Positions 28,895 through 39,388 are shown, counted from the first letter of the stretch. The stretch is 64,000 nt of DNA from a virus (IMGVR_UViG_3300047320_000210:19922-83921); one strand, 5' to 3'. Translations and numbers: made by a program. Notes: generated by a model not told the origin, from the letters alone.

Positions 28895-30171
28895 TTGCTG
28901 ATCGCCAGGATGCGTCGCGGCCGGGTGCAGGCCACGTTCAGGCATTGCAGGGATTCCAGGTAGTTTTTGTTCAGCAGGATGTCAGCGGAGTCGACGAACA
29001 CGGACTCGTAGGTCGAGCCCTGCGCGCGGTGGGCGGTGATCGCGTGGCTGGGGCGCACGTCGTGGATGGCTTCCTTGGCCTTCCAGAACGCCGGCCAGCC
29101 GCCGCCCGCCTTGGCGTTGTTGGACAGGTCGATGAGCAGGCGCTTGTGGGCGCGTTCCGAGCTTTCATGGATGACCCAGCAGGTCACCAGCATGTGGGCT
29201 TCCAGTTCCGGCTGGACCTCGACGCGGTAGCAGGTCAGTTCGGAGAACACCGGGTGCTGCTGGACATCGATCGAGAACACCGTGCCCTCTTCGTCCGTGG
29301 TCATGAGTGTCTCTTTGCCGTCCGGGGACATGATCGGCTGGCAGACCACCACCCGCTCGCCCGGCTGGAACGGGGCCTCGGCGGCGAGCTTGGCGCCATA
29401 CATGGCCTCGCGGATCATGCCGTTGTACATGGCCACGGTGTCGTTGCGCCAGGCGATCACCTTGATCGAGCCGGGGTCCTTCGCGTAGCTGTCGCTGGTG
29501 AAGGCGTCGACCGCCTTGGCCCGCAGCTTCTTGTAGTTGAGCAGGTAGACCCCACCCTTCTCGTCGTTTGCGCTGAACAGGTTCAAGGACACCCCGTGCA
29601 GGATGCACTCACGCATGTGCGTGGCCATGGCCAGAATCTGGTTGTCGTGGCGCTCGACCTTGGTCAGCTCACGGCGGTAGCCGATGTCGAACACCGGCGA
29701 CTGTTCCTCCCCCACCGGTGGCAACTGGGTGCGGTCGGCCATGAACAGGAACTTCACCCCTTCGGTGCGGGCGGTGCGCTCGATGTGGTACATCAGCCCG
29801 TTGTTGGCCATCGAGCCTTCGTCGACGATCACCACGTTGTAGGCGCTGGCCTGGTTGAAACCCTCGGCTGCGCGCACCTGCTTGACCTCGCCGCTGTTGT
29901 CCATGCGCAACCCGAGCAGGGAGTAGATCGTGCGGGTCGGCACCATCCCCTGCAGCTCGGTCTCGCACATCTGCTTGAGGACCTTGGTCGCCTTGTTGGT
30001 CGGCGCGGTCATCACTACGCTCTGGCGCGTCTCGCGGCAGAAGGTCTGCGCGCTGGTACTTTTGCCCGTGCCGGCGCGGCCTTCAAGCATGAAATACGAC
30101 TCTTCGCTCTCGGCGAAGGTGAGCATTTCATCCACGGCATCGCGCTGCTGGTCGTTCAGTTGAATAGTCAT
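28891..30171 (-). CDS. Dda/RecD-like SF1B helicase
   Basis: LNDQQ, GRAGTGKS, APTNKA, DEGSM, QLPPV, HRAQGSTY and NVACTR motifs. Confidence 0.92.
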   Translation of the reverse strand: MTIQLNDQQRDAVDEMLTFAESEESYFMLEGRAGTGKSTSAQTFCRETRQSVVMTAPTNKATKVLKQMCETELQGMVPTRTIYSLLGLRMDNSGEVKQVRAAEGFNQASAYNVVIVDEGSMANNGLMYHIERTARTEGVKFLFMADRTQLPPVGEEQSPVFDIGYRRELTKVERHDNQILAMATHMRECILHGVSLNLFSANDEKGGVYLLNYKKLRAKAVDAFTSDSYAKDPGSIKVIAWRNDTVAMYNGMIREAMYGAKLAAEAPFQPGERVVVCQPIMSPDGKETLMTTDEEGTVFSIDVQQHPVFSELTCYRVEVQPELEAHMLVTCWVIHESSERAHKRLLIDLSNNAKAGGGWPAFWKAKEAIHDVRPSHAITAHRAQGSTYESVFVDSADILLNKNYLESLQCLNVACTRPRRILAISK

Positions 30172-33100
30172 GCGACCCACCCCTCTTTGGCCCACTGGTC
30201 GAACAGCGCTTCAACCTTGCGCTGCGACGGTCGATCCCCCAGTTCGTTCTGGCTGGCGTCGTACCAGTTGCGCCCCACCGACACCTCGGCCAGCATCGGG
30301 ATGACGTGGCCCGGCGGGGTGAGGTTCATCAGGTCCTGAGCGCGGGATGCGAACTCGAACACGTTGTCGATCGGCACCGAGTTGACCAGTTCGTCGTACA
30401 CCGGCGCGATCAGGTGCGAGCGGGTCTCTTCGTAGAGCTGGGTGTGGTGGGCCTTGGTCAGCACCACCTTGAGGATGTCGGCGGCGCAGCCCTGGATCTG
30501 GTGGTTGTTGGTCTGGCGTTCTGCGCGGGCGCGCAGCGAACCGTCGCGGCTGAGAATGTTCGGGTCGCAATGTTTGCGGGTGCCGAAGGCGGTGGTGATG
30601 TACCCCTGCCGCTTGGCCACGGCGATGTTTTCCTGCTGCCACGGCGCGAGGCGCGGGTAGCCGGCGAACACGCCGTCGATGATCTGCTGGGCGAACACCT
30701 GCGGGACGCCCAGTTTCATGCCCATGCTGAAGGCCTGACCGCCGTAGATGATCAGGAAGTTGACGGTCTTGGCCATCTTGCGGATCTTGACGATGACCTT
30801 GCCCAGCGGCAGCGCGAGGTCGCCGACCATTTCATAGACGTGGTCGCCGCCGTGCAGCAGGCTGACGAACTGCTCGTAGTCCATGCTGCCGGTTTCATCG
30901 AACGCCAGGCGCTTCAGGATCTCGCTACCCAGCGCCTTCTCCAGCACCTTGCCGGCAAACGTACAGCCGGTGACGGAGTGGATGTCCTTGAAGATCGCCC
31001 GGGTCATGCCGTCGTCGTCGACGTAGGTGCCGCCGCCGGTGTAGGCCTCGATCAGCACCGGGTCGCGCGACTCGCTGCCGGTAATGCGCAGTTCCTGCCC
31101 GCTGAAGTCGAGGGCGACGATGACGTGCCCCTTGAACCGCGGCAGGAAGATCGAGCGCAACGGCCCCTTGCTCACCGCGAGGATGTTCAGGCTGCTGCCG
31201 GCCGGGCGCCGCGTCTTGGTCCCGCAGTTGCGCGTGCCGGGGTGCCACACGCCGGTGGCTGGGTGCCGCCAGTGCGGGTACTTGGCGTAATACAGCGACT
31301 GCCGGGTCATGCACTCCTTGGTTTCCAGCAGCAGCTGGAGCACTTCGCGGCGCCAGTCGCCCTCGGGGCAGTCCTCGGCGATGGCCGCCTGCATGGCGTC
31401 CTTGTCCGTTCCGGGGTTGCCTTCCAGGCCGAGTTCGTCGCGCCGGCTGCCCTTCTGCGGCAGGGTGCGCAGGCGCACCGGCAGCTGCAGTTTGCAATAC
31501 AGCAGTTCCTGCATCTGCTTGGGCGAGTTCAGATTGAGTTCGTCGCCGGAGATTTCGCGCACACCGTCCTGGTGAATCACCTCGCTCTCGATGAACGCCT
31601 TCAGCGCAAGGAACGCCTCGCCTTTGCGGGTGCGGATCTCGCCGGCGGCGGCCTGCACCAGCTCGACCAGCCGCGCCGCGCGGGGGTCGGTGCTGCCGCG
31701 TTGCTTGAGGTAGTTCTGGCTGGCCACCAGCCACGCGGTGATGCCCTTGGCACTGACGCCGGCCATGGCCACCGGCAGCCCGACCAGATCCGCCACGCGG
31801 GTGAAGCCCTTGTCGGTGGCGGTGAACTCGGCCGGGCAGAAGGTTTCGCAATACGGCCGGTACACCGAGCCCTGCCGCCAGCGCTCATAGGTCTCGGCGA
31901 CCTTGGCCTGGGCCTGCGCCCGGTTCAGTTTGTCGTGCAGGTGCAGCTGCAGCAGGTTGTTGCCCTCGGCCAGCCGCAGGCCCTCGGCCCCGGTCTCGTC
32001 GATGTCCTTGCAGTGCTCGGCCAGCAGGCTGTGCATGCGTTCGTTGTTGTTCTTCACCACCTTCGCATCGGCGTCGGCCAGCTCGGTCATGCCCGGGCTG
32101 TCGAGCTGGACCCCGGTCTCAAAGCTGCGGTTGAACGGGTGGACGGTGAACCGGTCTTCTTCGTAGGCGAACTTCCATTGCTGTTCGAGTTTGAGGATGA
32201 AGAAGAACAGCACCGCCAGCCGCGCGGCGACAAAGGCGTCATCGCAGGCGTAGTGCAGCACCTGGGCGCCGGTCAGGTCGCGCATGTCGCGCGCGCCGAA
32301 CTGGGCCATCAGGCTCGCGTACTCGACCTGGTCGTACTTCAGCCACTGGCGCGCGTGCGCCTTCAGGCCCTGCTCCATGTTCTCGTCGACGTAGGTGCCG
32401 AGCATCTGCGTGCACACCGGGCCGTCGAGCTGGAAATCGAGGTCCTGTTTGGTCAGCTGCTCTTCGAAGCGGGTGTTGTGCGCGACGAAGTCGAGGCCTG
32501 CGTCTTCGATGTCGAGCAGCAGGTCGACCAGCCGCACCTTGTCCAGGTTGGCCGTGTCGCGGTGCTGCACCGGCAGGTAAAAGGTGTGCTGCAGGTTCGA
32601 CCCGTAGGTGAACGAGCCGCCGGTGAGGCGGGCCGACAGCACGTCGACGTAGCTCTTGACCGTGTCGGGCAAGGCCGGGCGCCAGTCATGGCCGAGCGAG
32701 TCATAGGTCTCGTAGTCAAAGCTGGCCAGCGGCGTGTCGCGCAGGCCCTCGGCATACGCGGCGTGCACTTCTTCCCAGTTGTCCGGGGTGACCAGGGTCA
32801 TGGTCGGCATGTGCGGCGCGAAGTGCTCGAACAGGTCCGCATCGCCGGCGATCTTCAGCAGGTCCTGCACTTTGGTCGCGTCCGGTAAGCGCACGTACCA
32901 TTCCGGGCGGATGATCTTGCGGCCCAGCGTGCCGTACAACAGTTCCGGGTGCAGCCCGGCCAGCGTGTACATCAGGCGCCAGGTGGTGCGGTGCTCGTAG
33001 ATTTTGCGCAGCACCTTGCAGCCGGTGGCCTCGACCGCTTCCAGCAGAAAGGTGTAGTCGTTGCTGGCCACGCAGGCTTCCAGCTGCTCGATGCCGTCCC

Positions 33101-33734
33101 AGCCATAGGTGTCGACGAGGAACTTAAAGGCCGCCACCCCGACCTGCGGCACGCCGCCGTATTCGTCGGTCTTGTCCCCCACCAGCGACTTGTAGATGCG
33201 CACGTAGCGGACGGGGTAGCCTTCGAAGTCGTCGGCGGGCAGGGCCTTGACCAGCACCAGGGTGTTGTCGTCGGCCAGCTGCAGCAGGTCGCGGTCGACC
33301 GTGTGCACCAGCTTCTGGAGTTCGGGGAAGTAGCGGCAGAAGGCACCGATCACGTCGTCCGCCTCGACCCCTTCCACGCGCACGTTGAACGCGCCGCAGT
33401 AGGCGAGCAAGGCCTTGGCCATGTCGAGCATCTTGGTGAGCTGCGCCTCAACGGCGGGGTCTTTCTCTTCGGCGTGGCGCTTGGCTTTGTAGCCGGCGAA
33501 CAGGCCTTCGCGGTAGTTGTTGCCGCCATCCCACACCGCGACGATGTTGAGCGGGGAGAAATCGTGAAGCAGGGGAATGAGATATGTGTCGAGGAAGCCG
33601 CGCAGACCATAGCCGGCCGAGTTCACCGGCTTGTCAGTCAACGGGCTCAATTTGGCGTCGGGGTCGATGCCCCGGTGGTAGGCGTGCATGAGCAAACCAC
33701 GCACGTCGAGCAATGCAAGTCCTTGAATTTTCAC
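30168..33734 (-). CDS. Family A DNA polymerase with N-terminal 5'-3' (flap) nuclease and 3'-5' exonuclease
   Basis: YKAKR, EADD, DRDLLQL, GDKTD (5' nuclease); DYET, HN, YACDD (3' exonuclease); DFSGQELR, RKMAKTVNFLIIYG, VYDE (polymerase motifs A/B/C). Confidence 0.93.
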   Translation of the reverse strand: MKIQGLALLDVRGLLMHAYHRGIDPDAKLSPLTDKPVNSAGYGLRGFLDTYLIPLLHDFSPLNIVAVWDGGNNYREGLFAGYKAKRHAEEKDPAVEAQLTKMLDMAKALLAYCGAFNVRVEGVEADDVIGAFCRYFPELQKLVHTVDRDLLQLADDNTLVLVKALPADDFEGYPVRYVRIYKSLVGDKTDEYGGVPQVGVAAFKFLVDTYGWDGIEQLEACVASNDYTFLLEAVEATGCKVLRKIYEHRTTWRLMYTLAGLHPELLYGTLGRKIIRPEWYVRLPDATKVQDLLKIAGDADLFEHFAPHMPTMTLVTPDNWEEVHAAYAEGLRDTPLASFDYETYDSLGHDWRPALPDTVKSYVDVLSARLTGGSFTYGSNLQHTFYLPVQHRDTANLDKVRLVDLLLDIEDAGLDFVAHNTRFEEQLTKQDLDFQLDGPVCTQMLGTYVDENMEQGLKAHARQWLKYDQVEYASLMAQFGARDMRDLTGAQVLHYACDDAFVAARLAVLFFFILKLEQQWKFAYEEDRFTVHPFNRSFETGVQLDSPGMTELADADAKVVKNNNERMHSLLAEHCKDIDETGAEGLRLAEGNNLLQLHLHDKLNRAQAQAKVAETYERWRQGSVYRPYCETFCPAEFTATDKGFTRVADLVGLPVAMAGVSAKGITAWLVASQNYLKQRGSTDPRAARLVELVQAAAGEIRTRKGEAFLALKAFIESEVIHQDGVREISGDELNLNSPKQMQELLYCKLQLPVRLRTLPQKGSRRDELGLEGNPGTDKDAMQAAIAEDCPEGDWRREVLQLLLETKECMTRQSLYYAKYPHWRHPATGVWHPGTRNCGTKTRRPAGSSLNILAVSKGPLRSIFLPRFKGHVIVALDFSGQELRITGSESRDPVLIEAYTGGGTYVDDDGMTRAIFKDIHSVTGCTFAGKVLEKALGSEILKRLAFDETGSMDYEQFVSLLHGGDHVYEMVGDLALPLGKVIVKIRKMAKTVNFLIIYGGQAFSMGMKLGVPQVFAQQIIDGVFAGYPRLAPWQQENIAVAKRQGYITTAFGTRKHCDPNILSRDGSLRARAERQTNNHQIQGCAADILKVVLTKAHHTQLYEETRSHLIAPVYDELVNSVPIDNVFEFASRAQDLMNLTPPGHVIPMLAEVSVGRNWYDASQNELGDRPSQRKVEALFDQWAKEGWVA

Positions 33735-33767
33735 GGTCCACCCCTTTCCTTAGACGACAAGAGAGCA

Positions 33768-33794
33768 TGCCGGCGGGCGTCGTGCCCGCCGGCA
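33768..33794. terminator. GC-rich hairpin between SSB-like gene and polymerase
   Basis: TGCCGGCGGGC-GTCGT-GCCCGCCGGCA; weak U-tract. Confidence 0.5.
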
Positions 33795-33815
33795 AACCAC
33801 AGCTAGCCGTGAGGC

Positions 33816-34601
33816 TTAGGGGATCAGCGCGACAAATTTAAAGTCCCATGGGTAGAAGGGGAATTTCGCGGCGGTGACTTTCTCGCCACGGAAGAAGTGC
33901 GTCAGGTAGCCGTTAGGGTTGCGGCCGGTGCGGCTGCGCAGCTTGAACTTATAGCCAGCCCATCGGCCAATCGACATCGGCGACACCTGGACCACCACCG
34001 CATCGCCTTCCAGCTCCTTGCAATCGGCGGATTTCACGGTCTCGACCATCACGAACAGCTCGGCGTATTCCTTCAGCTCAGGCTTCAAGCCTTCGGCGCG
34101 CCACTCCGCGACGTGGGCACCGGCCTCGGTTTCCACGTTGTTGAAGTCTGCCTTGTCGTAGGCGAACACCACGTCGGCCTCGTCGTCGTTGCCGCAGCGC
34201 ATGGCAAATTTCGCCTTCGACTGCAGGACGGTGCCGATGAAACCTTCCGTGGCCGAGAACGACTTGGTGGTCCCTACCAGCTGGAACTCCCCGTCTTTCA
34301 GGACGATGTTGGTGAAACTGGTGAAGTCGATGTGTCCCCCACCGAACCCCGCGTCTTCCATTTCCTGCATGGTTGCGGACTGTCCGCCGACGCGCGCCAC
34401 TTGACCTTCAGCGCGCGGGGCGACGTCGGTGCGGGTGGATTGCGGTGGCGGTTCGGCTGAGAGTTCAGTTTCCAGGACCGCCGGTCCCTCCAACACGGAG
34501 GCCTCGTCCTGCAAGGTGGTGTCGTTGTCCTGCGCCGCGTTGGCCTCGGCGGTCTGGACAGCTTCCTTGCTTACAGCATTACCATCTTTGATGAGTGGCA
34601 T
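33816..34601 (-). CDS. Acidic replication protein, possibly ssDNA-binding
   Basis: AGGAG RBS; lies between helicase and polymerase; function inferred from position only. Confidence 0.45.
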   Translation of the reverse strand: MPLIKDGNAVSKEAVQTAEANAAQDNDTTLQDEASVLEGPAVLETELSAEPPPQSTRTDVAPRAEGQVARVGGQSATMQEMEDAGFGGGHIDFTSFTNIVLKDGEFQLVGTTKSFSATEGFIGTVLQSKAKFAMRCGNDDEADVVFAYDKADFNNVETEAGAHVAEWRAEGLKPELKEYAELFVMVETVKSADCKELEGDAVVVQVSPMSIGRWAGYKFKLRSRTGRNPNGYLTHFFRGEKVTAAKFPFYPWDFKFVALIP

Positions 34602-34702
34602 TTTTGATACTCCTAGGTCTTCAGCTTCAACTTCAGCTTGTCGTTCTCAGTGCGGCTGTTCTCGCCGCTTGTTGTTCCGGCATGCCGGAATCCTGCACGG
34701 GC

Positions 34703-36235
34703 TTACGCCACGTTATAAAAGTGCCGCAGGGTGCGAGGATCGAGCGTGACCTGCCCGATGTCCTGATCCCTTCTGAGCATGTTCTTGATCGCATTCGGCG
34801 CGAGGGTTTCCAGCGCCTTGAGCACGTAGATGTTGCACTGCCAGAGCTGGCCCGGCCGGACGACCCGGTCCATCGCCTGTTTGAATTCGCCCGGCGAGCC
34901 GGTCGGTTCGGCGAAAATTACCGTGTGGCTGACCGACTGGAAGTTGAAGCCGGCGCCGGCGGATCGCGGGTTGGCCACCAGCAGGCGGCAGGTCGGGTCG
35001 TTGAGGAACTTGTCGGTGTTGGCCTGACGCTGGGTCGGCGACAGGTCGCCGTTCATGGTCGCCGGGTTCAGGTCGGCGAAGAAGGTGGCGTAGCGCGCCA
35101 CGGTCTCGCGGAAGTTGACGAACAGGATCACCTTCGATTCCGCGCCCACGCCCTCGACCAGCTCGCGGCAGGTGGCCAACACCTGGTTGTCGATTTTCTG
35201 CCCGTCCTGCAGGAACAGTTCGGGGCAGGTCACGACCTGCAGGGACTTCTGTCGCAGGTCCTGTTCCTGCAACGCGGTGAGGATGGTGCCGTCACCCATG
35301 TCGAGGAAACGTTCCACGGTCAACTTGCGGTACAGCTCGCGGTGCGCCGGGCTCAACTTGATCGGCACTTCGGTGATGATCGGTTCCTTCAGGTCACGCA
35401 GCTCGGGGATCGCGCTTTTCAGCACACGGCGGGCCTTGGCGTACAGGTTGGCCGACAGTTCGGCGTGGCGCTGGTAGCCGGCCAGCGTGCGTACCTTGCT
35501 GATGCGCTTGCCCCCCTTGGTGATCTTCGGCACCTTCAGGCGGATCAGGCGGAAGCGGCAGTGCCGGCGCAGGAACTGGTCGTAGGAGTCATACGCCCCG
35601 GGACTGAGGAAGGTCATCAGGGTGTAGCAATCGGTCAGGTAGGTGTGCATGGGCGTCCCCGTCATCGGGAAAAACGCCGTGTCCGGGGCCAGCGGGTCGC
35701 CGACGTACTCGCCGATGCGCTTGGCCAGCGTGCACTCCGGGGCCTTCCACTTCTGGCTCTCGTCGGTGATCAGCACGTCGTAGCCCTGCGCCTTTAGGGT
35801 CTGGAACAGTTTCTGGTGGGCGAACAGCTCATAGCTGAGCACCATCATTTCAGGCCAGCCGTCGACGTCCCACTGGGCGAACAGCTTGGCGCGCTTGGCC
35901 GGGGCTTCGTCCAGCACATGCACCTTCACGTACTTGTCGATGCCGTGGAACTCTTCGACCACGGACTCGGCGAACTGGTAGATCAGGGTGGCCAGCGTCA
36001 GCACCACGACCTTGTTGCCCATGCCGATGTAGTGCAGCGCGGCACCGACCACCGGAATGGTCTTGCCGGCGCCGGTCTCATCGAGCAGGCCGTACCACTG
36101 GTGGTGCACGCACAGGCTCAGGCCGTCGACCTGGGTCTGGAACGGCGGGTGCTTCAGTTGCACGAACGGCGCGAACGCGGGATAGCGGTCGATGCCGGCG
36201 CGCTGGAAGTATTCAGCTAAAGTGGGACCCTGCAT
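34703..36235 (-). CDS. SNF2-like SF2 helicase
   Basis: DETGAGKT, DESQ, MTGTP, SAGAGFNFQ and QAMDRVVRPGQ motifs. Confidence 0.9.
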   Translation of the reverse strand: MQGPTLAEYFQRAGIDRYPAFAPFVQLKHPPFQTQVDGLSLCVHHQWYGLLDETGAGKTIPVVGAALHYIGMGNKVVVLTLATLIYQFAESVVEEFHGIDKYVKVHVLDEAPAKRAKLFAQWDVDGWPEMMVLSYELFAHQKLFQTLKAQGYDVLITDESQKWKAPECTLAKRIGEYVGDPLAPDTAFFPMTGTPMHTYLTDCYTLMTFLSPGAYDSYDQFLRRHCRFRLIRLKVPKITKGGKRISKVRTLAGYQRHAELSANLYAKARRVLKSAIPELRDLKEPIITEVPIKLSPAHRELYRKLTVERFLDMGDGTILTALQEQDLRQKSLQVVTCPELFLQDGQKIDNQVLATCRELVEGVGAESKVILFVNFRETVARYATFFADLNPATMNGDLSPTQRQANTDKFLNDPTCRLLVANPRSAGAGFNFQSVSHTVIFAEPTGSPGEFKQAMDRVVRPGQLWQCNIYVLKALETLAPNAIKNMLRRDQDIGQVTLDPRTLRHFYNVA

Positions 36236-39038
36236 GGTTACCTCCCATGCCCAGCAAACTGGTGTCGATGTCCTTCGCCTGCAATTCCTGCAGCGATAGG
36301 AACAGCATAGGTCGACCGCCGCCCATCCCGGCGAACGGGGCGTATTTGACGAAGTACGGTTCTTCGTTGATCAGCTTGACGAACTGCGCGCCGCTGTTGA
36401 TCACCGGCGTGCTGCGTTCGTCGACGTTGCAATAGCGGGTGTAACTGGCGTGGGCCAGCACCGGGTCGAGCACCAGATACTCGGGCGTGACCGCGTAGTG
36501 CAGACCATCGGTGAGGTACACGTTGCCCTTGGTGGCTTCCTCGGCGCTGCGCGAAATGGCCACGATGACCGCGATCTTCTGCATCACCAGGTCGATCTCG
36601 CTCTGCACGTAGCCGTCGCCGTTGCTGGTGAAGCGGGTGACCACCATCTTGATGATCGGTTCGAGGGTCTTCAGCGCGTTGAACAGGTGCAGTTCCTCGC
36701 AGACCTGCTGCAGTTTCCACAGGCCGACGAGGATCACCTGCAAGGAGTAGCGCGGGCGGTCGTCCATTTGCTCGGGCAGCAGCAGGTCGGCCTTGTCCAT
36801 CAGCGCCTCGATCTCTTCGGGCGGGGTGGTCAGGGCCACGGCCATGATCGCCTTGCCCAGCTTGCGCAGTTCCTCGCGGTTCTTGTTGGCATGGTAGAAG
36901 TGCTCGCGGCAGTGGGCGCGCTTGAGTTTGGTCAGGTGGATCTGCACGCTGCGTTCCTGAATCGCCGGCACCTCGATTTCCTGTTCGGAAATCACAATCA
37001 GCGGTGAGGACAGCGGGATGGCAATCGCTTCGGCGCTGGAGCGGCCCATGTGGCCACGGCCGATGCGGCCCTTGAGGGTCGACTCGCCGTTCCACGCCTG
37101 CTTGATCCGTTCGCCGACGTCCTTGTAGGCCATGGTGGTCATCTTCGACTTGTTGAATTCCTCGATCACCCGGGGGATGGTCGTGGTGCTCGACAGGTAT
37201 TCGAGCATCCCGTAGTGCGAGGTCGACGGGGCGCTGACCCCGCTGTCCTTGAGCATGTAGTCGGTGCCGTTGAGCCAAGTGATCAGCCCGGCGGTCTTGG
37301 ACTTGCCGGAGCCGGCGCTACCCCACAGGCAGAGGACCGGGAACTGGCTGTACAGGTGCATGAAGTGGGTCTTGAAGTGCGCCGCGATGGTCCAGCCGAC
37401 CATCAGCCCGATCTCGTGCTTCTGGTTGATCTTCAGCAACCGGTGCAGGGCCTGGTCCACCGCCTCGTCAGCGCGTTCCGCCATGGCGGTGTGCGCGAAG
37501 TACGGCCGGGCCAGCAGGTTGCCAAGGAACTGGTGGGTGCCGCGCACCTTGACCGAGTTGACGCTCATGTCCGGTTCCACGTAAGTGAACACCGGGCTGT
37601 TGTCGACGAAATCCAGGTGGACCCCGGCGGTGTAGACCTGAAAAATCTCGCCCACGTCCTGGTCCTCCCGAAACACAGCAATCTTGATTTTCTGGATGTC
37701 GAGGTCCGTGCCCTGAAACGTCAGGTCGGTGATGCCTTCGAGTTCTCGCAGAAAGGCCGAGCGGCTAGAGAACGCCGGCTCTTTGAAAATGATCTTGCCC
37801 AGGTCCACGCCGTCCTTCATCACCGACATGCGGGTGCCGACCCGGCGCGGCCGGGTGCCGTCCTGCGGCACGTCGATGAACACGTCCACCGGCTGCAGGA
37901 TGAAGTTGCTGATGCGCCGCTTGCCGTCACCCTGACGGATGTAATAGCCGTCCGGTTCCGCCACCGCGCACAGGCCGGCGTCCGGGTTGCCGTCCTTGTT
38001 GGTACCGGTCTCGATCGCGCAGCCTTCACACGGGCGCTTGCTCAGCAGCGAGCGGATCGCGTTGCAGCCGAAGCTGAAGGTCGGGGTGTGTTCGACGTAG
38101 CGGATCTGCGCTTCGATGTGGTCGCGGCGCAACTTCGGCGTGTTGTACTTGCTCGACTTGGCGCTGCTGGCCAGCCGCGCGGCGAGGCTTTCGGCCACGC
38201 TCTGCGACACCCGGGCGCGCACGATGTAGGTGGCCAGCTGGGTCGCGGCCTGGTTGTAGGAGGCGTCCGCCTTCAGCGAGTCGTTGTCGCACAGCATCTG
38301 GATGCACGCCGGCACCGGTTCGCGGATGGCTTCCATGTCCGCCGACGAGGCGATGATCACCAGCTTCGGCTTGGCGTTGACGCGCTTCTTGGCCTCTTCA
38401 AACAGGGCCTTGAGTTCGTGTATCACCAGCCCCTGCGGGTCGTCGACTTCGACCACGCGCGGCGCCTGGACCAGTTCGCGGTAGCGGTCGACGGTCAGCT
38501 CGGCCAGTTCCTCGGCGGTCACCGGCACCCGGTACTTGCCGTCATGCCGCTGCAGGTTGACGATGCGGAAACTGTTGCCCCGGCCGCTGCTGTACACCGA
38601 GAAGTCGAGGCCGATGACGAACAGGTCGCGGGCCATTTCCTTGTAGATTTCCGGCAGCCGCAGGGTGAAGCGGCGCGCGGCGAACAGCGCTTCATTGACG
38701 AGGATGTGCAGGCCCTTGCTGCCCGACAGGTAGATTTCGATGCAGCCCTTCGGCACGCCCATGCGGGTCAGCTTGCCAAGCAGTTCCTGGCCGCTGCTGA
38801 TCGCCTGACCGAGGTCGTCCTTGCAGTCGATGTCAAAATACAACGGCCCGCGGTAGCCGATCTTGTCGCGGTTGCGCGGGATCTCGGGGTCAGTGCCGTC
38901 GCTGACCATCTGGTTCAAGGCAAGGATCGTCAGCTTTTTCGCGCCCTGCGCCTTGGCCAGTTCGACCGGGTCTTCTTCACCCTGACTGGAAAGCAGGAAC
39001 CAGGCGTCGTGCTCCGACCGCTGATAGTAGTGATACAT
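36213..39038 (-). CDS. AEP primase fused to a Cys-rich domain and a C-terminal P-loop helicase
   Basis: YFDID and SGSKGLH (AEP motifs); PAC..FGC..PCEGC; Walker A GSAGSGKS. Confidence 0.85.
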   Translation of the reverse strand: MYHYYQRSEHDAWFLLSSQGEEDPVELAKAQGAKKLTILALNQMVSDGTDPEIPRNRDKIGYRGPLYFDIDCKDDLGQAISSGQELLGKLTRMGVPKGCIEIYLSGSKGLHILVNEALFAARRFTLRLPEIYKEMARDLFVIGLDFSVYSSGRGNSFRIVNLQRHDGKYRVPVTAEELAELTVDRYRELVQAPRVVEVDDPQGLVIHELKALFEEAKKRVNAKPKLVIIASSADMEAIREPVPACIQMLCDNDSLKADASYNQAATQLATYIVRARVSQSVAESLAARLASSAKSSKYNTPKLRRDHIEAQIRYVEHTPTFSFGCNAIRSLLSKRPCEGCAIETGTNKDGNPDAGLCAVAEPDGYYIRQGDGKRRISNFILQPVDVFIDVPQDGTRPRRVGTRMSVMKDGVDLGKIIFKEPAFSSRSAFLRELEGITDLTFQGTDLDIQKIKIAVFREDQDVGEIFQVYTAGVHLDFVDNSPVFTYVEPDMSVNSVKVRGTHQFLGNLLARPYFAHTAMAERADEAVDQALHRLLKINQKHEIGLMVGWTIAAHFKTHFMHLYSQFPVLCLWGSAGSGKSKTAGLITWLNGTDYMLKDSGVSAPSTSHYGMLEYLSSTTTIPRVIEEFNKSKMTTMAYKDVGERIKQAWNGESTLKGRIGRGHMGRSSAEAIAIPLSSPLIVISEQEIEVPAIQERSVQIHLTKLKRAHCREHFYHANKNREELRKLGKAIMAVALTTPPEEIEALMDKADLLLPEQMDDRPRYSLQVILVGLWKLQQVCEELHLFNALKTLEPIIKMVVTRFTSNGDGYVQSEIDLVMQKIAVIVAISRSAEEATKGNVYLTDGLHYAVTPEYLVLDPVLAHASYTRYCNVDERSTPVINSGAQFVKLINEEPYFVKYAPFAGMGGGRPMLFLSLQELQAKDIDTSLLGMGGNHAGSHFS

Positions 39039-39046
39039 GCCGACCC

Positions 39047-39298
39047 CTATTTGCTGCCTTTTACGAGACCTGAACGCAGTTCGTGCATCAGACGGTCGAC
39101 AGCGCGGGCGGGTACGATGCGGTGGCGCGGGGAGTCGGTGTCAGACAGCCAGCCGCCGACGCTGTCCTGGGAATACCCAGTGAAAAAGGCGAGGTCCTTG
39201 TGGGACAGGCTGTGCTTTTCAGCGGTGGTGCGGATGAACGCCAGGCGTTCAGATTCGGGCATGCGATCCCCGACAGTGGTCCGGTCGTTCTTGTCCAT
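39047..39298 (-). CDS. Small HTH DNA-binding protein (XRE/Cro-like)
   Basis: LSHKDLAFFTGYSQDSVGGWL helix-turn-helix pattern; heads the replication operon. Confidence 0.7.
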   Translation of the reverse strand: MDKNDRTTVGDRMPESERLAFIRTTAEKHSLSHKDLAFFTGYSQDSVGGWLSDTDSPRHRIVPARAVDRLMHELRSGLVKGSK

Positions 39299-39360
39299 TT
39301 TGCCCCCGGGTGAATCCCCCCAAACCGGAGGGTGGCTGTACCTAGTACAGAAGCTCTGAG

Positions 39361-39388
39361 GAAAAAAAGGCCCGGTTGCCCGGGCTCT
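39361..39388 (-). terminator. Rho-independent terminator
   Basis: On the - strand, GCCCGG-GCAA-CCGGGC followed by CTTTTTTT. Confidence 0.75.

Noticed and set aside
39336-39350. LexA SOS box
   Set aside because: Spacing is CTGT-N7-ACAG rather than N8, and GTAC-N3-GTAC rather than the N4 of the LexA2 box.
1771-39359. Long antisense ORFs (1771-3603, 7619-9841, 11606-14239, 30306-32888, 37050-39359 and others)
   Set aside because: Shadow ORFs produced by high-GC codon bias opposite clear genes; no RBS or family motifs.
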